Assembly (NCBI GenBank): GCA_050253185.1
Contig: JBFWJN010000001.1
Span: 1 to 39,876, forward strand
Length of the DNA: 39,876 nucleotides
Reading direction: 5' to 3'
Source of the DNA: Kiritimatiellales bacterium
Lineage (GTDB): Bacteria > Verrucomicrobiota > Kiritimatiellia > Kiritimatiellales > Tichowtungiaceae
The number at the start of each line of letters is the position of its first letter. The first letter of the stretch is position 1. The translations under genes and the position numbers were made by a program. The notes below the pieces were generated by a model. The model saw nothing but the letters and a program-made list of their open reading frames with translations, had not been told where the DNA came from and did not search any database. Of this stretch, positions 1 through 8,668 are shown piece by piece.

Positions 1-115
1 ACGCCCAGCAAAAATGAGGAAACAGTTAAACATCTCCTGAAAGTCTCCAATTTATGAGTATAAAATTTTCAAAAATATCCTCAAGAAAGAATCTTGGAGA
101 AGTGGAGAGAAAGAC

Positions 116-192
116 TGGTGGGCCCGCTCGGACTTGAACCGAGGACCAAGAGATTATGAGTCTCCTGCTCTGACCAACTGAGCTACGGGCCC
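116..192 (-). tRNA. ileX: tRNA-Ile2 (anticodon CAT, lysidine type)
   Basis: Reverse complement GGGCCCGTAGCTCAGTTGGTCAGAGCAGGAGACTCATAATCTCTTGGTCCTCGGTTCAAGTCCGAGCGGGCCCACCA: 7-bp acceptor stem, T-loop GTTCAAG, encoded CCA. The anticodon arm resembles E. coli ileX rather than initiator or elongator tRNA-Met. Confidence 0.9.
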
Positions 193-207
193 GCCAAAGA
201 AGGGCAC

Positions 208-236
208 AAGATAATCCGCACGTTTCTGCAAGGCAA
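208..236 (-). promoter_or_regulatory. Putative sigma70 promoter of tRNA-Ile2
   Basis: On the minus strand, TTGCCT-17 nt-TATCTT lies just upstream of the tRNA. The same -10 hexamer (TATCTT) precedes tRNA-Leu. Confidence 0.6.
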
Positions 237-257
237 GACCTTATCCGGACTTCCCCG

Positions 258-2228
258 TTACTCGTAACGCAGTGCTTCAATCGGATCGAGCTTTGAAGCT
301 TTCATGGCCGGCCAGATTCCGAAGAAGATGCCGATAAAGACCGAAAAGCCAAAAGCAACGATTGCAGACAGGCTGCTGATTTCCATGGTCCAGCCGGCGA
401 CGCGACTCAGCCCGAGACTCAATCCGACGCCCAGCGCCAGCCCGGTCAGCCCTCCGAGCAGGCTGATCGCGAGGGCTTCGATCAGGAACTGAACCAGAAT
501 ATCCTTCCGGCGCGCGCCGATGGCTTTGCGCAGGCCGATTTCCCGTGTACGTTCTGTGACGGACACCAGCATGATATTCATGATACCGATGCCGCCGACG
601 ATCAGGGAGATACCGGCAATGCTGGCCAGCAGAACAGACATCACCCGGGTCGTGGCACTGAGCGCTTCCTGAATCTCGGCCAGATTGCGGATATCAAACG
701 GCTCTTTTTCCCGCTCGCGGTTATGACGCTGGGCCATCAGCGTCATAATGTCCTCCTGCGCCTGCGGAATATGTTCGGCTTCGTCAATTTCAACATCAAT
801 GCCATCGACATAGCGCTTGCCGAACAGGCGATACATGGCCGTCGTCACAGGAACCTTCACGTTGTCGTCTTCGTCGCGGAAACCGCCGGAACCTTTTTCG
901 GGAAGCACGCCGACGATTTCAAACGATAGCCGGTTGATCCGGATTTTCTGTCCGATCGGATTCATGCCTTCGCCGAACAGCTCGCGCAGCGGCGTCATTC
1001 CGATCACGGCAACGCGGGCGCGATGGGTGACATCCTCTGCCGTGATGTAGCGTCCCAATCCCGGTTCATCCGCCCGCATCGGCGCATAATCCGCCGTTAT
1101 TCCGTACACGGTGGTCGCCCAGTTTCTGGACCCGGCCTGCAGCTGGGCGCTTCCGCGCACAGTCGGTGACGCACGTTTGGCAGAAGCGATGTGTTCCGTA
1201 ATGGCCGCCGCGTCTTCCAGATCGAGCCGGGAAATTTCTCCTGCGGACAGGCGGACCCCGCCGCGGATTCGTGCCGCCGGCCGGACGCTCAGCAGATTTG
1301 ATCCCAGCCGGGCCAGCTGTTCGTTGACCGACGCCTTGGCGCCCAGCGCCAGCGACACCATGGCGATGACGGCAGCCACGCCGATCATAATGCCGAGTGC
1401 CGAAAGAAAGGTGCGCGTTTTATTGTGCCAGAGCGCCCGCAGGCTTTGGCGGGTCAGGGCGCTTCCTTCGCGAACGGCGGCCAGAATATTCCGACGCGCG
1501 GTGTGCATTTCCGGCAGCGTCATGGCTTCTTCGTTTTCCAATGTCTGGAAAACCGGCGCGTCGTTTTTGCGATCCTCCTGAATCTTGCCGTCAAAGATCG
1601 TGATGATTCGATCGGCATGGGCCGCCACATTGGAGTCGTGCGTTACCAGAATGATCGTCAGTCCCTGCCGATGCAGTGCGCGAAACAGGGACATGATGTC
1701 CTTGGAACTTTTCGAGTCGAGGTTTCCGGTCGGTTCGTCGGCGAGGATAATCGACGGATTATTGACCAGCGCACGGGCAATCGCCACCCGCTGCTGCTGC
1801 CCTCCGGACAGCTCGCTGGGCCGGTGGCGGGTCCGATCCCCCAGGCCGACCATTTCCAGGATTTTCTGTCCGCGGTGGCTTTCTGCCGTCCGGCCGGAAT
1901 AGAGCAGCGGCAGATTGGCGTTTTCCAGCGCCGATGCGCGCTGGAGCAGGTTGAACTGCTGGAAGATAAAGCCGATGGTCCGGTTGCGAAGCTGCGCAAC
2001 CTGCGTGTCGTTCAGGCGTCGCACATCTTCGCCGTTAATTTCCGCGGTTCCGCTGTCGGGCCGGTCGAGCAGACCGATGGTGTGCATCAGTGTCGACTTC
2101 CCCGATCCGGAGGGACCGATGATGGCAATAAACTCTCCCTGTTCCACCGTCAGTGAAACGTCGCGAAGGGCATGCACCGTGTGCTCGCCCATTCGGTAGC
2201 TTTTGCAGATGTTTTTTAAGTGAATCAT
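258..2228 (-). CDS. macB: MacB-like ABC transporter, fused ATPase and FtsX-type permease
   Basis: Walker A GPSGSGKST, LSGGQQQRVAIARAL, ILADEPTGNLD; C-terminal GGIGIMNIMLVSVTERTREIGLRKAIGA and DPIEALRYE. Confidence 0.93.
   Translation of the reverse strand: MIHLKNICKSYRMGEHTVHALRDVSLTVEQGEFIAIIGPSGSGKSTLMHTIGLLDRPDSGTAEINGEDVRRLNDTQVAQLRNRTIGFIFQQFNLLQRASALENANLPLLYSGRTAESHRGQKILEMVGLGDRTRHRPSELSGGQQQRVAIARALVNNPSIILADEPTGNLDSKSSKDIMSLFRALHRQGLTIILVTHDSNVAAHADRIITIFDGKIQEDRKNDAPVFQTLENEEAMTLPEMHTARRNILAAVREGSALTRQSLRALWHNKTRTFLSALGIMIGVAAVIAMVSLALGAKASVNEQLARLGSNLLSVRPAARIRGGVRLSAGEISRLDLEDAAAITEHIASAKRASPTVRGSAQLQAGSRNWATTVYGITADYAPMRADEPGLGRYITAEDVTHRARVAVIGMTPLRELFGEGMNPIGQKIRINRLSFEIVGVLPEKGSGGFRDEDDNVKVPVTTAMYRLFGKRYVDGIDVEIDEAEHIPQAQEDIMTLMAQRHNREREKEPFDIRNLAEIQEALSATTRVMSVLLASIAGISLIVGGIGIMNIMLVSVTERTREIGLRKAIGARRKDILVQFLIEALAISLLGGLTGLALGVGLSLGLSRVAGWTMEISSLSAIVAFGFSVFIGIFFGIWPAMKASKLDPIEALRYE
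1534..1552. repeat. TTCCAR-NSN-YTGGAA palindrome, in macB interdomain linker
   Basis: TTTTCCAATGTCTGGAAAA; encodes VFQTLEN. Confidence 0.9.
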
Positions 2229-3256
2229 GGCCGTGGCGGCGGGGCGCTGCGCGAACCGCTGTTTCCCCCCTGCCGCTGACTGCTGTTTGTGCCGGACGAT
2301 TTGCGCGATCCGAACGGCAGGAACGGATTTCCGCCGCCGCCGCTGCGGGAGCGGGTCACCTGCGGAATCAGTACGGTATCGCCCGGTTCAAGGCCGCGCA
2401 GAATTTCGGTGTAGGAGTTTTCACTCAGTCCGGTTTTTACCGGTCGGGGCTGAGGCGGAGCCTCCGCGGAGGCTCCGGGCTGCAGAATAAAGGTTTTGCC
2501 GTTGCGGTACTGAATCGCAGACGTCGGTACCGCGGGAACGTCGGGGTGCTGTTCGACCAGAAAGGTTAATGTGGCCGTCATACCGCTCCGGGCAAAAGAC
2601 GGCAGTTTGTCGGGAATCACATCCACTTCATACATCGTTACATTGCTGACGGTTTTAGAATCGTAGGCAATGCTCTCCACGGTTGCGTCAAACGACGAAT
2701 TGGGATAGGCGTCGAGCTGCACCGTCACGCGCTGCCCGGGCGATACGCTGCCGATATCCGTCTCGTCAACCGAGCCGACCACAATCAGACGATCGGCAAT
2801 CACAATCACGGCACTGCTGGCCGTAATGGTCTGTCCCGGTTCCAGGGAGCGGTCGATGACCGTTCCGTCGAGCGGGGCAATCAGCGGCGTGGCCTTATAG
2901 ATCTCCTCCCAGTATTTCAGCTCCGTTTCACCTTTAACACGGGCGATATCAAGCAGGCTGGCGCGCTCCGTGGAACTTACCCAGGCGATGATCTGTCCGC
3001 GCTGAACCGGCTGGCCTTCGTCGACCAGCAGTTCCTCAATCCGCCCGGCGATCGGCGATTTCACTTCGAGCCGGTTTTCCGGGCTGACCTCGCCGGTACT
3101 GTCGATGGTCAAGCTCAGCGTTTTTAGTTCCACCTGGGCCGGCATGAATTTTCCGGCTTCTGCCGACGCGGTTTTTTCTTTCTGCCGTTGGCGGTAGAAC
3201 CAGAACCCACCGCCCGCCAGCACGAGAATCAGAACAGTAAAAATGAATTTCTTCAT
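2225..3256 (-). CDS. macA: MacA-like periplasmic adaptor (membrane fusion protein)
   Basis: N-terminal TM anchor, lipoyl-like motifs VKSPIAGRIEELLVDEGQPVQRGQ and APLDGTV; lies between the tolC-like and macB genes. Confidence 0.85.
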   Translation of the reverse strand: MKKFIFTVLILVLAGGGFWFYRQRQKEKTASAEAGKFMPAQVELKTLSLTIDSTGEVSPENRLEVKSPIAGRIEELLVDEGQPVQRGQIIAWVSSTERASLLDIARVKGETELKYWEEIYKATPLIAPLDGTVIDRSLEPGQTITASSAVIVIADRLIVVGSVDETDIGSVSPGQRVTVQLDAYPNSSFDATVESIAYDSKTVSNVTMYEVDVIPDKLPSFARSGMTATLTFLVEQHPDVPAVPTSAIQYRNGKTFILQPGASAEAPPQPRPVKTGLSENSYTEILRGLEPGDTVLIPQVTRSRSGGGGNPFLPFGSRKSSGTNSSQRQGGNSGSRSAPPPRP

Positions 3257-3267
3257 AACGGTTTCCC

Positions 3268-4533
3268 CTATTCAATGGAGCTGAGTCCCATCGTGTTTCG
3301 CCAGGCAGCTTCCGCCTGATCGACCGTGCGAAGGCTCGTCAGCCGGTTTTTCTGCGCGGTGATCAGTGCGTTTTCAATGGTGTCCCAGTCCTGAAAACTG
3401 ATCAGGCCCTGTTGATATTGCGCGCGTGCGACTTCGGCACGAACTTCCGCGGCCTGCATCTGTTCCTCCTGAACCCGGAGGTTGGCATAGCGGTCGCGAT
3501 AGGTGTTGAGCGCCTCCTGCAGATTATCCATTAGCGAGAGCATCGTTTTTTCAGCGATCAGCCGCGTGCGTTCGCGGGCCAGGCCGGAGGCGATCAGGTT
3601 CTGCGACAGCTCTCCGCCGCGGAACAGCGGCAGGGACACCGACAGGCCGGTCGACCAGCTCTCGTGATCCAGTCCGTAGGTTCCGGACCGGCCCAGCGAC
3701 CCGCTGGCCGTAATCGTCGGGAAGCGGTCGCTGCGGGAAATCAGGTATCCCTGTTCCGCAGCTTTCACATCCGCCTGCGCGGAGCGGTAGGTGGGGGTCT
3801 GCTCCGCCAGTTCATTCAGTGCGGTTTTCCCCGGCGGTTCGTTGGCCTGCAGGTTGCCTTTCAGCAGGAATTCCTCAAAATCCAGCTCCCCCATAATGGA
3901 AGCCAGCTGCCGGCGCGCCAGCTCCAGCGCCCGTTTGGCGGTTTCCACATCGTAGAGCGCTTCCGTGTACTGAGCCTTCTTCAGCAGCATCGACCCTTTG
4001 TTTTCACGACCGCCTTCATACCGCATTTCAACAAGCTTCAGGTTGTCCGCCCGGCGGGCTGCGATATTCTGCACCAGCGCAATCAGGTCCTGGGCATACA
4101 GCTGCTGGGCAAACGCCCGGCGCAGATTATATTCCACATTCGAGCGTGTCTGGTCGAAATTGGCCTGTTCAGCAAACAGCTCCGCTTCGGTTTTTGAAAC
4201 CCGCGCCCGGTTTCCAAAACCGGAGAACAGCACGTACTTCCCACTGATCGTAGCCGAAGCCGACTCATTGTTGCTCCATCCGGAATCCGTTTCCTTTTCC
4301 CCGACTTTACGACTGCCGTCGGCGGTAATATCAGGATAATAAACAGACTGCTGTGATTTCAGCGCAGCCTCCGCCTCCTTCAGCTTCAGGCGGGAGATCG
4401 ACAGATCCAGGCTGTTGGCTGTTGTTCGGGCAAAGCAGTCGTCCCAGGTCAGGACAGGACTCTCTGCCGGCAGCAGACCCGCAGCAAACAATGCCAAGGC
4501 CAAAACCGAATAACGAAATGTAAGGGCGGACAT
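3268..4533 (-). CDS. TolC-family outer membrane efflux protein
   Basis: Signal peptide from ATG 4533 (MSALTFRYSVLALALFAAG), two OEP-like repeats (YYPDI, RFPTI, VSLPLFRGG, ARAQYQQG). The ORF-track start at 4623 lies inside a palindrome and is probably not the real start. Confidence 0.85.
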   Translation of the reverse strand: MSALTFRYSVLALALFAAGLLPAESPVLTWDDCFARTTANSLDLSISRLKLKEAEAALKSQQSVYYPDITADGSRKVGEKETDSGWSNNESASATISGKYVLFSGFGNRARVSKTEAELFAEQANFDQTRSNVEYNLRRAFAQQLYAQDLIALVQNIAARRADNLKLVEMRYEGGRENKGSMLLKKAQYTEALYDVETAKRALELARRQLASIMGELDFEEFLLKGNLQANEPPGKTALNELAEQTPTYRSAQADVKAAEQGYLISRSDRFPTITASGSLGRSGTYGLDHESWSTGLSVSLPLFRGGELSQNLIASGLARERTRLIAEKTMLSLMDNLQEALNTYRDRYANLRVQEEQMQAAEVRAEVARAQYQQGLISFQDWDTIENALITAQKNRLTSLRTVDQAEAAWRNTMGLSSIE

Positions 4534-4589
4534 AACGCCGGAGTATAACGACCGTTTCGCCGGAAATATTGCTAAAATTTCAGAATTCT

Positions 4590-4630
4590 TTTTCCAGACT
4601 CTGGAATCAAATTTTCCAAACATTGGAAAA
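4590..4630. repeat. Two TTCCAR-NSN-YTGGAA palindromes, centres 22 bp apart, between udg and tolC
   Basis: TTTTCCAGACTCTGGAA (centre 4599) and TTTTCCAAACATTGGAAAA (centre 4621), the second abutting the udg stop codon. Confidence 0.9.
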
Positions 4631-5419
4631 TTATTTTTTCGACGGCGGTTCTTTGCCGAGCTTGGCGAGGACGGCCTTGAGGTCGGTCCACGCCTCGCCC
4701 TTGCGGTCCGGGGAGCGGAGCAGAAAGGCCGGATGATAGGTCGGCATCAGGTCGATTCCCTCGTAGGTGCGCCAGGTTCCGCGCATCCGGGTGATCGCCA
4801 CGGTTTCTTCAAGCAGTCCCTGCACAGCGGTTTTGCCGAGCGCGACGATGATTTTCGGTTTGATCAGCGCGATCTGGGCCTTGAGGTAGGGGACGCAGGC
4901 CGCCATTTCTTCGGCCAGCGGCACGCGGTTGCCCGGCGGGCGGCACTTGACGATATTGGCAATGAAAATCTCTTCGCGTTTGTAGCCCATCGCCGCAATC
5001 ATTTTGGTCAGCAGCTGGCCGGCTTTGCCGACGAACGGCCGGCCCTGTTCGTCTTCGTCCGCCCCGGGACCTTCGCCGACAAACATGACGTCCGGCCCGT
5101 TCGAGTTGCCCTCGCCGGGCACGGTGTTTTTCCGCGTCTTACACAGTCCGCAGGCGGTGCAGCCGCCGACCTGGGCGGCGATTTCCTCAAGCGTTTTTCC
5201 GGTGACCGTGACGGTGCTCTGCAGGACCGGTTCGTTTGACACCGGCGGCACGTAGCGCCGCGCGGCGGCCGGGGCGGCTTTGACAACCGGTGCCGGCTGC
5301 GGTGCGGGCCGCAGGAGCTTAAGGGTTTCCGGCGAAATTTCCAATGTTTGGAAACCTTCCTCCTTTTTGTATTCCAGGAAGGCCAGCACATCGCCGAGGA
5401 ACTGGCTATACGGATTCAT
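4631..5419 (-). CDS. Uracil-DNA glycosylase, family 4 (Fe-S)
   Basis: CTACGLC, VGEGPGADED, NIVKCRPPGNR and TYHPA motifs; GGAGG Shine-Dalgarno before ATG 5419. Confidence 0.92.
   Translation of the reverse strand: MNPYSQFLGDVLAFLEYKKEEGFQTLEISPETLKLLRPAPQPAPVVKAAPAAARRYVPPVSNEPVLQSTVTVTGKTLEEIAAQVGGCTACGLCKTRKNTVPGEGNSNGPDVMFVGEGPGADEDEQGRPFVGKAGQLLTKMIAAMGYKREEIFIANIVKCRPPGNRVPLAEEMAACVPYLKAQIALIKPKIIVALGKTAVQGLLEETVAITRMRGTWRTYEGIDLMPTYHPAFLLRSPDRKGEAWTDLKAVLAKLGKEPPSKK
5338..5354. repeat. TTCCAR-NSN-YTGGAA palindrome, in udg N-terminal region
   Basis: TTTCCAATGTTTGGAAA; encodes GFQTLEI. Confidence 0.9.
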
Positions 5420-6113
5420 GGAGTCCTCCCGGACGGTCATCGATGATCAGCAGGGCGGAACGGACGTTTTCTTCGCGGTCGCGCAGCGGCATCAGCAGCA
5501 GGTCGAGCCGGGCCGGTGCACTCATGCCGGGCAGCTGGATGAAGCAGCTGCCTTCGGTGTTGACCTTGCGTCCGTAAACCGCCTGATTGAAGAGGTGCGC
5601 AAAGGTTTCATTCACCGTGGGTTTCAGAATGGATTCGAAGGAATAGTTTTTGCGGGAAATGCCGAGAAATTTCTGTGTGGCCGGATTAAAGGTGAGGGTT
5701 TCTTTTTCGACATCGGCTATGATGAGCCGGTCGTTGGAATGCCGCAGAATCAGGTCGAGTGTGCGGGCATGAATCGACACGCGGTCGGCGCGCAGCCGGT
5801 CGTAGGCGCGCAGCTGGTCGGAAAATTTATTGGCGAGTTCTTCAATTCGGGAAATTTCATCGGTGAAGCGGCGACGGGTCCGGATGCCCGCTTCGTAGTC
5901 GCCCGCAAGCAGCAGGCGGAAAAAGTTGAAAAGCCGTTTGCGGAAACCGAAGCTGCGAAGGGTGAGATACAGCCAGCAGAGCAGGCTCAGCACAAAAAGC
6001 GTCGCGAGTGTCCAGTTGACCGGCGGGCGGGTTTCTGTCCAGCCGAGCAGCGCGGCGGTCAGCCCGCAGAGCGGCATCAGAAACCAGAGAATTTTCAGCA
6101 GGTTCGGCGTCAT
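5406..6113 (-). CDS. Membrane protein with two TM helices, HAMP-like linker and PAS-like domain, no output domain
   Basis: Two hydrophobic N-terminal segments; GDYEAGI...DEISRIEELANKF (HAMP-like); ILRHSNDRLIIAD...FNPATQKFLG...PLRDREENVRSALLIIDD (PAS/PAC-like). Starts 6 nt after the ktrA stop and overlaps the udg start. Confidence 0.7.
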   Translation of the reverse strand: MTPNLLKILWFLMPLCGLTAALLGWTETRPPVNWTLATLFVLSLLCWLYLTLRSFGFRKRLFNFFRLLLAGDYEAGIRTRRRFTDEISRIEELANKFSDQLRAYDRLRADRVSIHARTLDLILRHSNDRLIIADVEKETLTFNPATQKFLGISRKNYSFESILKPTVNETFAHLFNQAVYGRKVNTEGSCFIQLPGMSAPARLDLLLMPLRDREENVRSALLIIDDRPGGLHESV

Positions 6114-6119
6114 GGAGGA

Positions 6120-6806
6120 TTACCGGTTGGCAAATTTTTCGACGTTTTTATCGCTGCCGACGATCAGCAGCCGGTCGGTTTCTTCGAGAACGTCATCGGG
6201 TTTCGGCACATCTTCAATGGTTTCTTCCTGCGTCCGTTCCCCCTGGTCGTTGATTCCGGGAACCATTTTCTTGATGGCGACGATGTTGATGCCAAATTTG
6301 TTGCGCGGGTCGAGTGCACGCAGGGTTTTACCGACAAACTCGCCCGGCACCTGAACTTCGACAATGCTGTGCCCTTTGGCCAGCGGAATGTGGCGGGTGA
6401 TGTTCGAGGACGCCAGGCTGCTGGCGACGATGCCGCCCATCTCTTTCTCGAGGTTGATGACATTATCCACTTCCAGCGTTTTGAGGATTTCCTGCTGAAG
6501 CGGGCCGAGCGCGCGGGTCCAGATGCGGTGTACGCCGATCTTTTTGAGCAGGATGGTGGTGAGCAGGTTGGCTTCGATATCCTCTCCGATGCAGACGACC
6601 GCGACATCGACATTTTTAATGCCGACAGCCCGCAGGGCGTTTTCGTCGGTCGAATCCAGTGTTGCGGCGTGGGCCACGGAATCCTTAATGGCCTCGACCG
6701 GTTCGCGGTCGCGGTCGATCGCCAGCACTTCAACGCCTTTTTCGGTCAGTTCGCGTGCTACGGAGCTACCGAAGCCGCCCAGTCCAATTACTGCAATGTT
6801 TCTCAT
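6120..6806 (-). CDS. ktrA: KtrA/TrkA-family K+ uptake regulatory subunit (RCK_N plus RCK_C)
   Basis: IAVIGLGGFGSSVA nucleotide-binding motif, VGKTLRALDPRNKFGINIVAIK RCK_C; GGAGGT Shine-Dalgarno. Confidence 0.92.
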   Translation of the reverse strand: MRNIAVIGLGGFGSSVARELTEKGVEVLAIDRDREPVEAIKDSVAHAATLDSTDENALRAVGIKNVDVAVVCIGEDIEANLLTTILLKKIGVHRIWTRALGPLQQEILKTLEVDNVINLEKEMGGIVASSLASSNITRHIPLAKGHSIVEVQVPGEFVGKTLRALDPRNKFGINIVAIKKMVPGINDQGERTQEETIEDVPKPDDVLEETDRLLIVGSDKNVEKFANR

Positions 6807-6817
6807 ATAAACCTCCG

Positions 6818-6876
6818 TGGAGTATTGGAGTGCCGGAGTATTGGATTTCTGATATTCGCCATTACTCCATTAATCC
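6818..6876. repeat. Short intergenic element: 8-bp tandem repeats plus an imperfect inverted copy
   Basis: TGGAGTAT-TGGAGTGC-CGGAGTAT-TGGA (6818-6845), then CCATTACTCCATTAATCC (6859-6876), the reverse complement of the same unit. Confidence 0.65.
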
Positions 6877-6900
6877 GTTCTTTCAGCCACCCATTCCCCG

Positions 6901-8604
6901 TTACCCTATCATAATGCGCTCTTCCGCATAGCGGTATTTTGCCGGGCGGACGGCACGCAGCATGAAAGCAAAACCGATGGTGAGCGGACCGAGACGTCCG
7001 ATGAACATCATCAGCGTGATGAGTATCCGGCCCGGCAGGCTGAGTTCCGGCGTCAGTCCGGTTGAGAGGCCGACGGTACCGAAAGCGCTGACGGTTTCAA
7101 ACAGTACATCCATAAAGTTTTTCTGTTCAAACACAGCCAGCAGTATGGTGGCTCCGCAGACGAGCAGCAGAGAAGAGCAGAGCACCATAACCGCCTTTTG
7201 AATCACCTCAATCGGAACGGTCCGGCGGTAGAGCTCAGGCTCTTCGCGGTGATTGAATCCCGCGCGAATCACCGCCCAGAGCACGGCGGGGGTCGTTAGC
7301 TTGATCCCGCCGGCGGTGCCGCCGGGGCAGGCGCCGACAAACATGAAAATAATGAATAGAAAGAGCGTTGCGGGTTGCAGTGCTCCGATATCACAGGTGT
7401 TGAAACCGGCGGTGCGGGTGGTGACGGACTGAAAGAGCGAGACCAGCAGAGCCTGGTCGCTCTTCATGCCGGTGAGCAGGTGTTTGTGTTCGATCCAGTA
7501 AAAAAGGCCGGTTCCGGCCAGGATCAGCCCGCCGGTCCAGCTGAGTGCCAGACGGCTTTGGATGCGGAATTTGTGTTTCGGTCCGCGCCGGTTCTTCAGT
7601 TTGTTTCGGAATGCCTGATAGAAATCGCCAATCACCACAAAGCCGATCCCGCCCAGCACGATCAGTCCGCCGATGATGGCGTTGACTGGAAGGCTATGCT
7701 CAAACCAGACCAGACTCGTGCTGAAGGTTGAAAATCCCGCATTGCAGAATGCTGAAACCGAATGGAACACGGAGGCCCATGCGGCCTGTCCGGGGCTGTC
7801 AAAGTATTGCCGCCAGCTGAAAAAAAGTGCGATCGCGCCGGCGGTTTCCAGCAGGAACGTCATACTGAAAATAAACAGAACCAGCCGTTGCATATTGATA
7901 ATTGTATCCTGATCCAGCACATCCCGCATAACGCTCTGGTTTTTCATCGAAACGCCGCGGCGAATCAGCAGCGCGAGCGACATGGAAAACGTCATGATAC
8001 CGAGTCCGCCGACCTGAATCAGCGCGAGAATAACGGCTTGTCCGAAGAACGTGAAATGGGTGGCGGTGTCATAAACGATCAGACCGGTTACGCAGGTGGC
8101 GGACGTGGCGGTGAACAGTGCGCCGACCAGATCGGTATGTTTTCCGGCTGCGGTGGCGGCCGGCAGGAGCAGGAGGATGGCCCCGAAGAGGATGGCGCCC
8201 ACAAAACTGATCAGCATCAGATGGGTGGGCTTCAGAGTTAGCAGGCTGATGAATTTATGGATGCGCCGCGTCCGGGAGATCAGCATGGCCACGATCGCCG
8301 CCTGACGCAGAACCAATGAAACTGCGGTATCGCGGGGATCAAACGCAAACTGAATCAGCGGAACAAAAACGATCAGGTCGAACCAGTGGCTGCGCAGGTA
8401 ACGCCAGCCTTTCCGGCTGGCGATCCAGTTCAATACGATATCGGCGGCGAACACCCCGAGAATGGAAAGATTCATCTGCCGGATCAATTCCGGGAAGCCG
8501 CGCATCAGGGTGGTCTGCTCGAACAGTAGCAGCAAAATTCCGAATAGCGCCACCGGAACGATCAGATGATTAAAGGAGTTTACGAATCGCTTAAATAGAT
8601 ACAT
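6901..8604 (-). CDS. ktrB: KtrB/TrkH-family K+ uptake membrane subunit with ~120 aa N-terminal membrane extension
   Basis: Four P-loop motifs SATCVTGL, SAFCNAGF, TTRTAGF, SAFGTVGLS; GGTAGGIK; MFIGRLGPLT; C-terminal EERIMIG. Confidence 0.92.
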   Translation of the reverse strand: MYLFKRFVNSFNHLIVPVALFGILLLLFEQTTLMRGFPELIRQMNLSILGVFAADIVLNWIASRKGWRYLRSHWFDLIVFVPLIQFAFDPRDTAVSLVLRQAAIVAMLISRTRRIHKFISLLTLKPTHLMLISFVGAILFGAILLLLPAATAAGKHTDLVGALFTATSATCVTGLIVYDTATHFTFFGQAVILALIQVGGLGIMTFSMSLALLIRRGVSMKNQSVMRDVLDQDTIINMQRLVLFIFSMTFLLETAGAIALFFSWRQYFDSPGQAAWASVFHSVSAFCNAGFSTFSTSLVWFEHSLPVNAIIGGLIVLGGIGFVVIGDFYQAFRNKLKNRRGPKHKFRIQSRLALSWTGGLILAGTGLFYWIEHKHLLTGMKSDQALLVSLFQSVTTRTAGFNTCDIGALQPATLFLFIIFMFVGACPGGTAGGIKLTTPAVLWAVIRAGFNHREEPELYRRTVPIEVIQKAVMVLCSSLLLVCGATILLAVFEQKNFMDVLFETVSAFGTVGLSTGLTPELSLPGRILITLMMFIGRLGPLTIGFAFMLRAVRPAKYRYAEERIMIG

Positions 8605-8668
8605 CGGGGCGCATCCTGATATCCTGCCGCTGAAGGGTCAAGGCGATAGCACTGATGATCGCTTGGGT

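Noticed and set aside
116-192. tRNA-Met call from the CAT anticodon
   Set aside because: It has a paired G1-C72 and lacks the three consecutive G-C anticodon-stem pairs of initiator tRNA; the overall sequence resembles lysidine-modified tRNA-Ile2.
26-280. 84-aa ORF on the minus strand
   Set aside because: Runs through the tRNA-Ile2 gene and its promoter; no protein features.
4534-4623. N-terminal extension of the TolC-like ORF (MFGKFDSRVWKK...)
   Set aside because: It is the translation of two palindromes; the signal peptide starts at ATG 4533.
5280-6914. 544-aa plus-strand ORF
   Set aside because: Antisense shadow of ktrA and the HAMP/PAS-like gene; no recognisable motifs; expected in GC-rich DNA.
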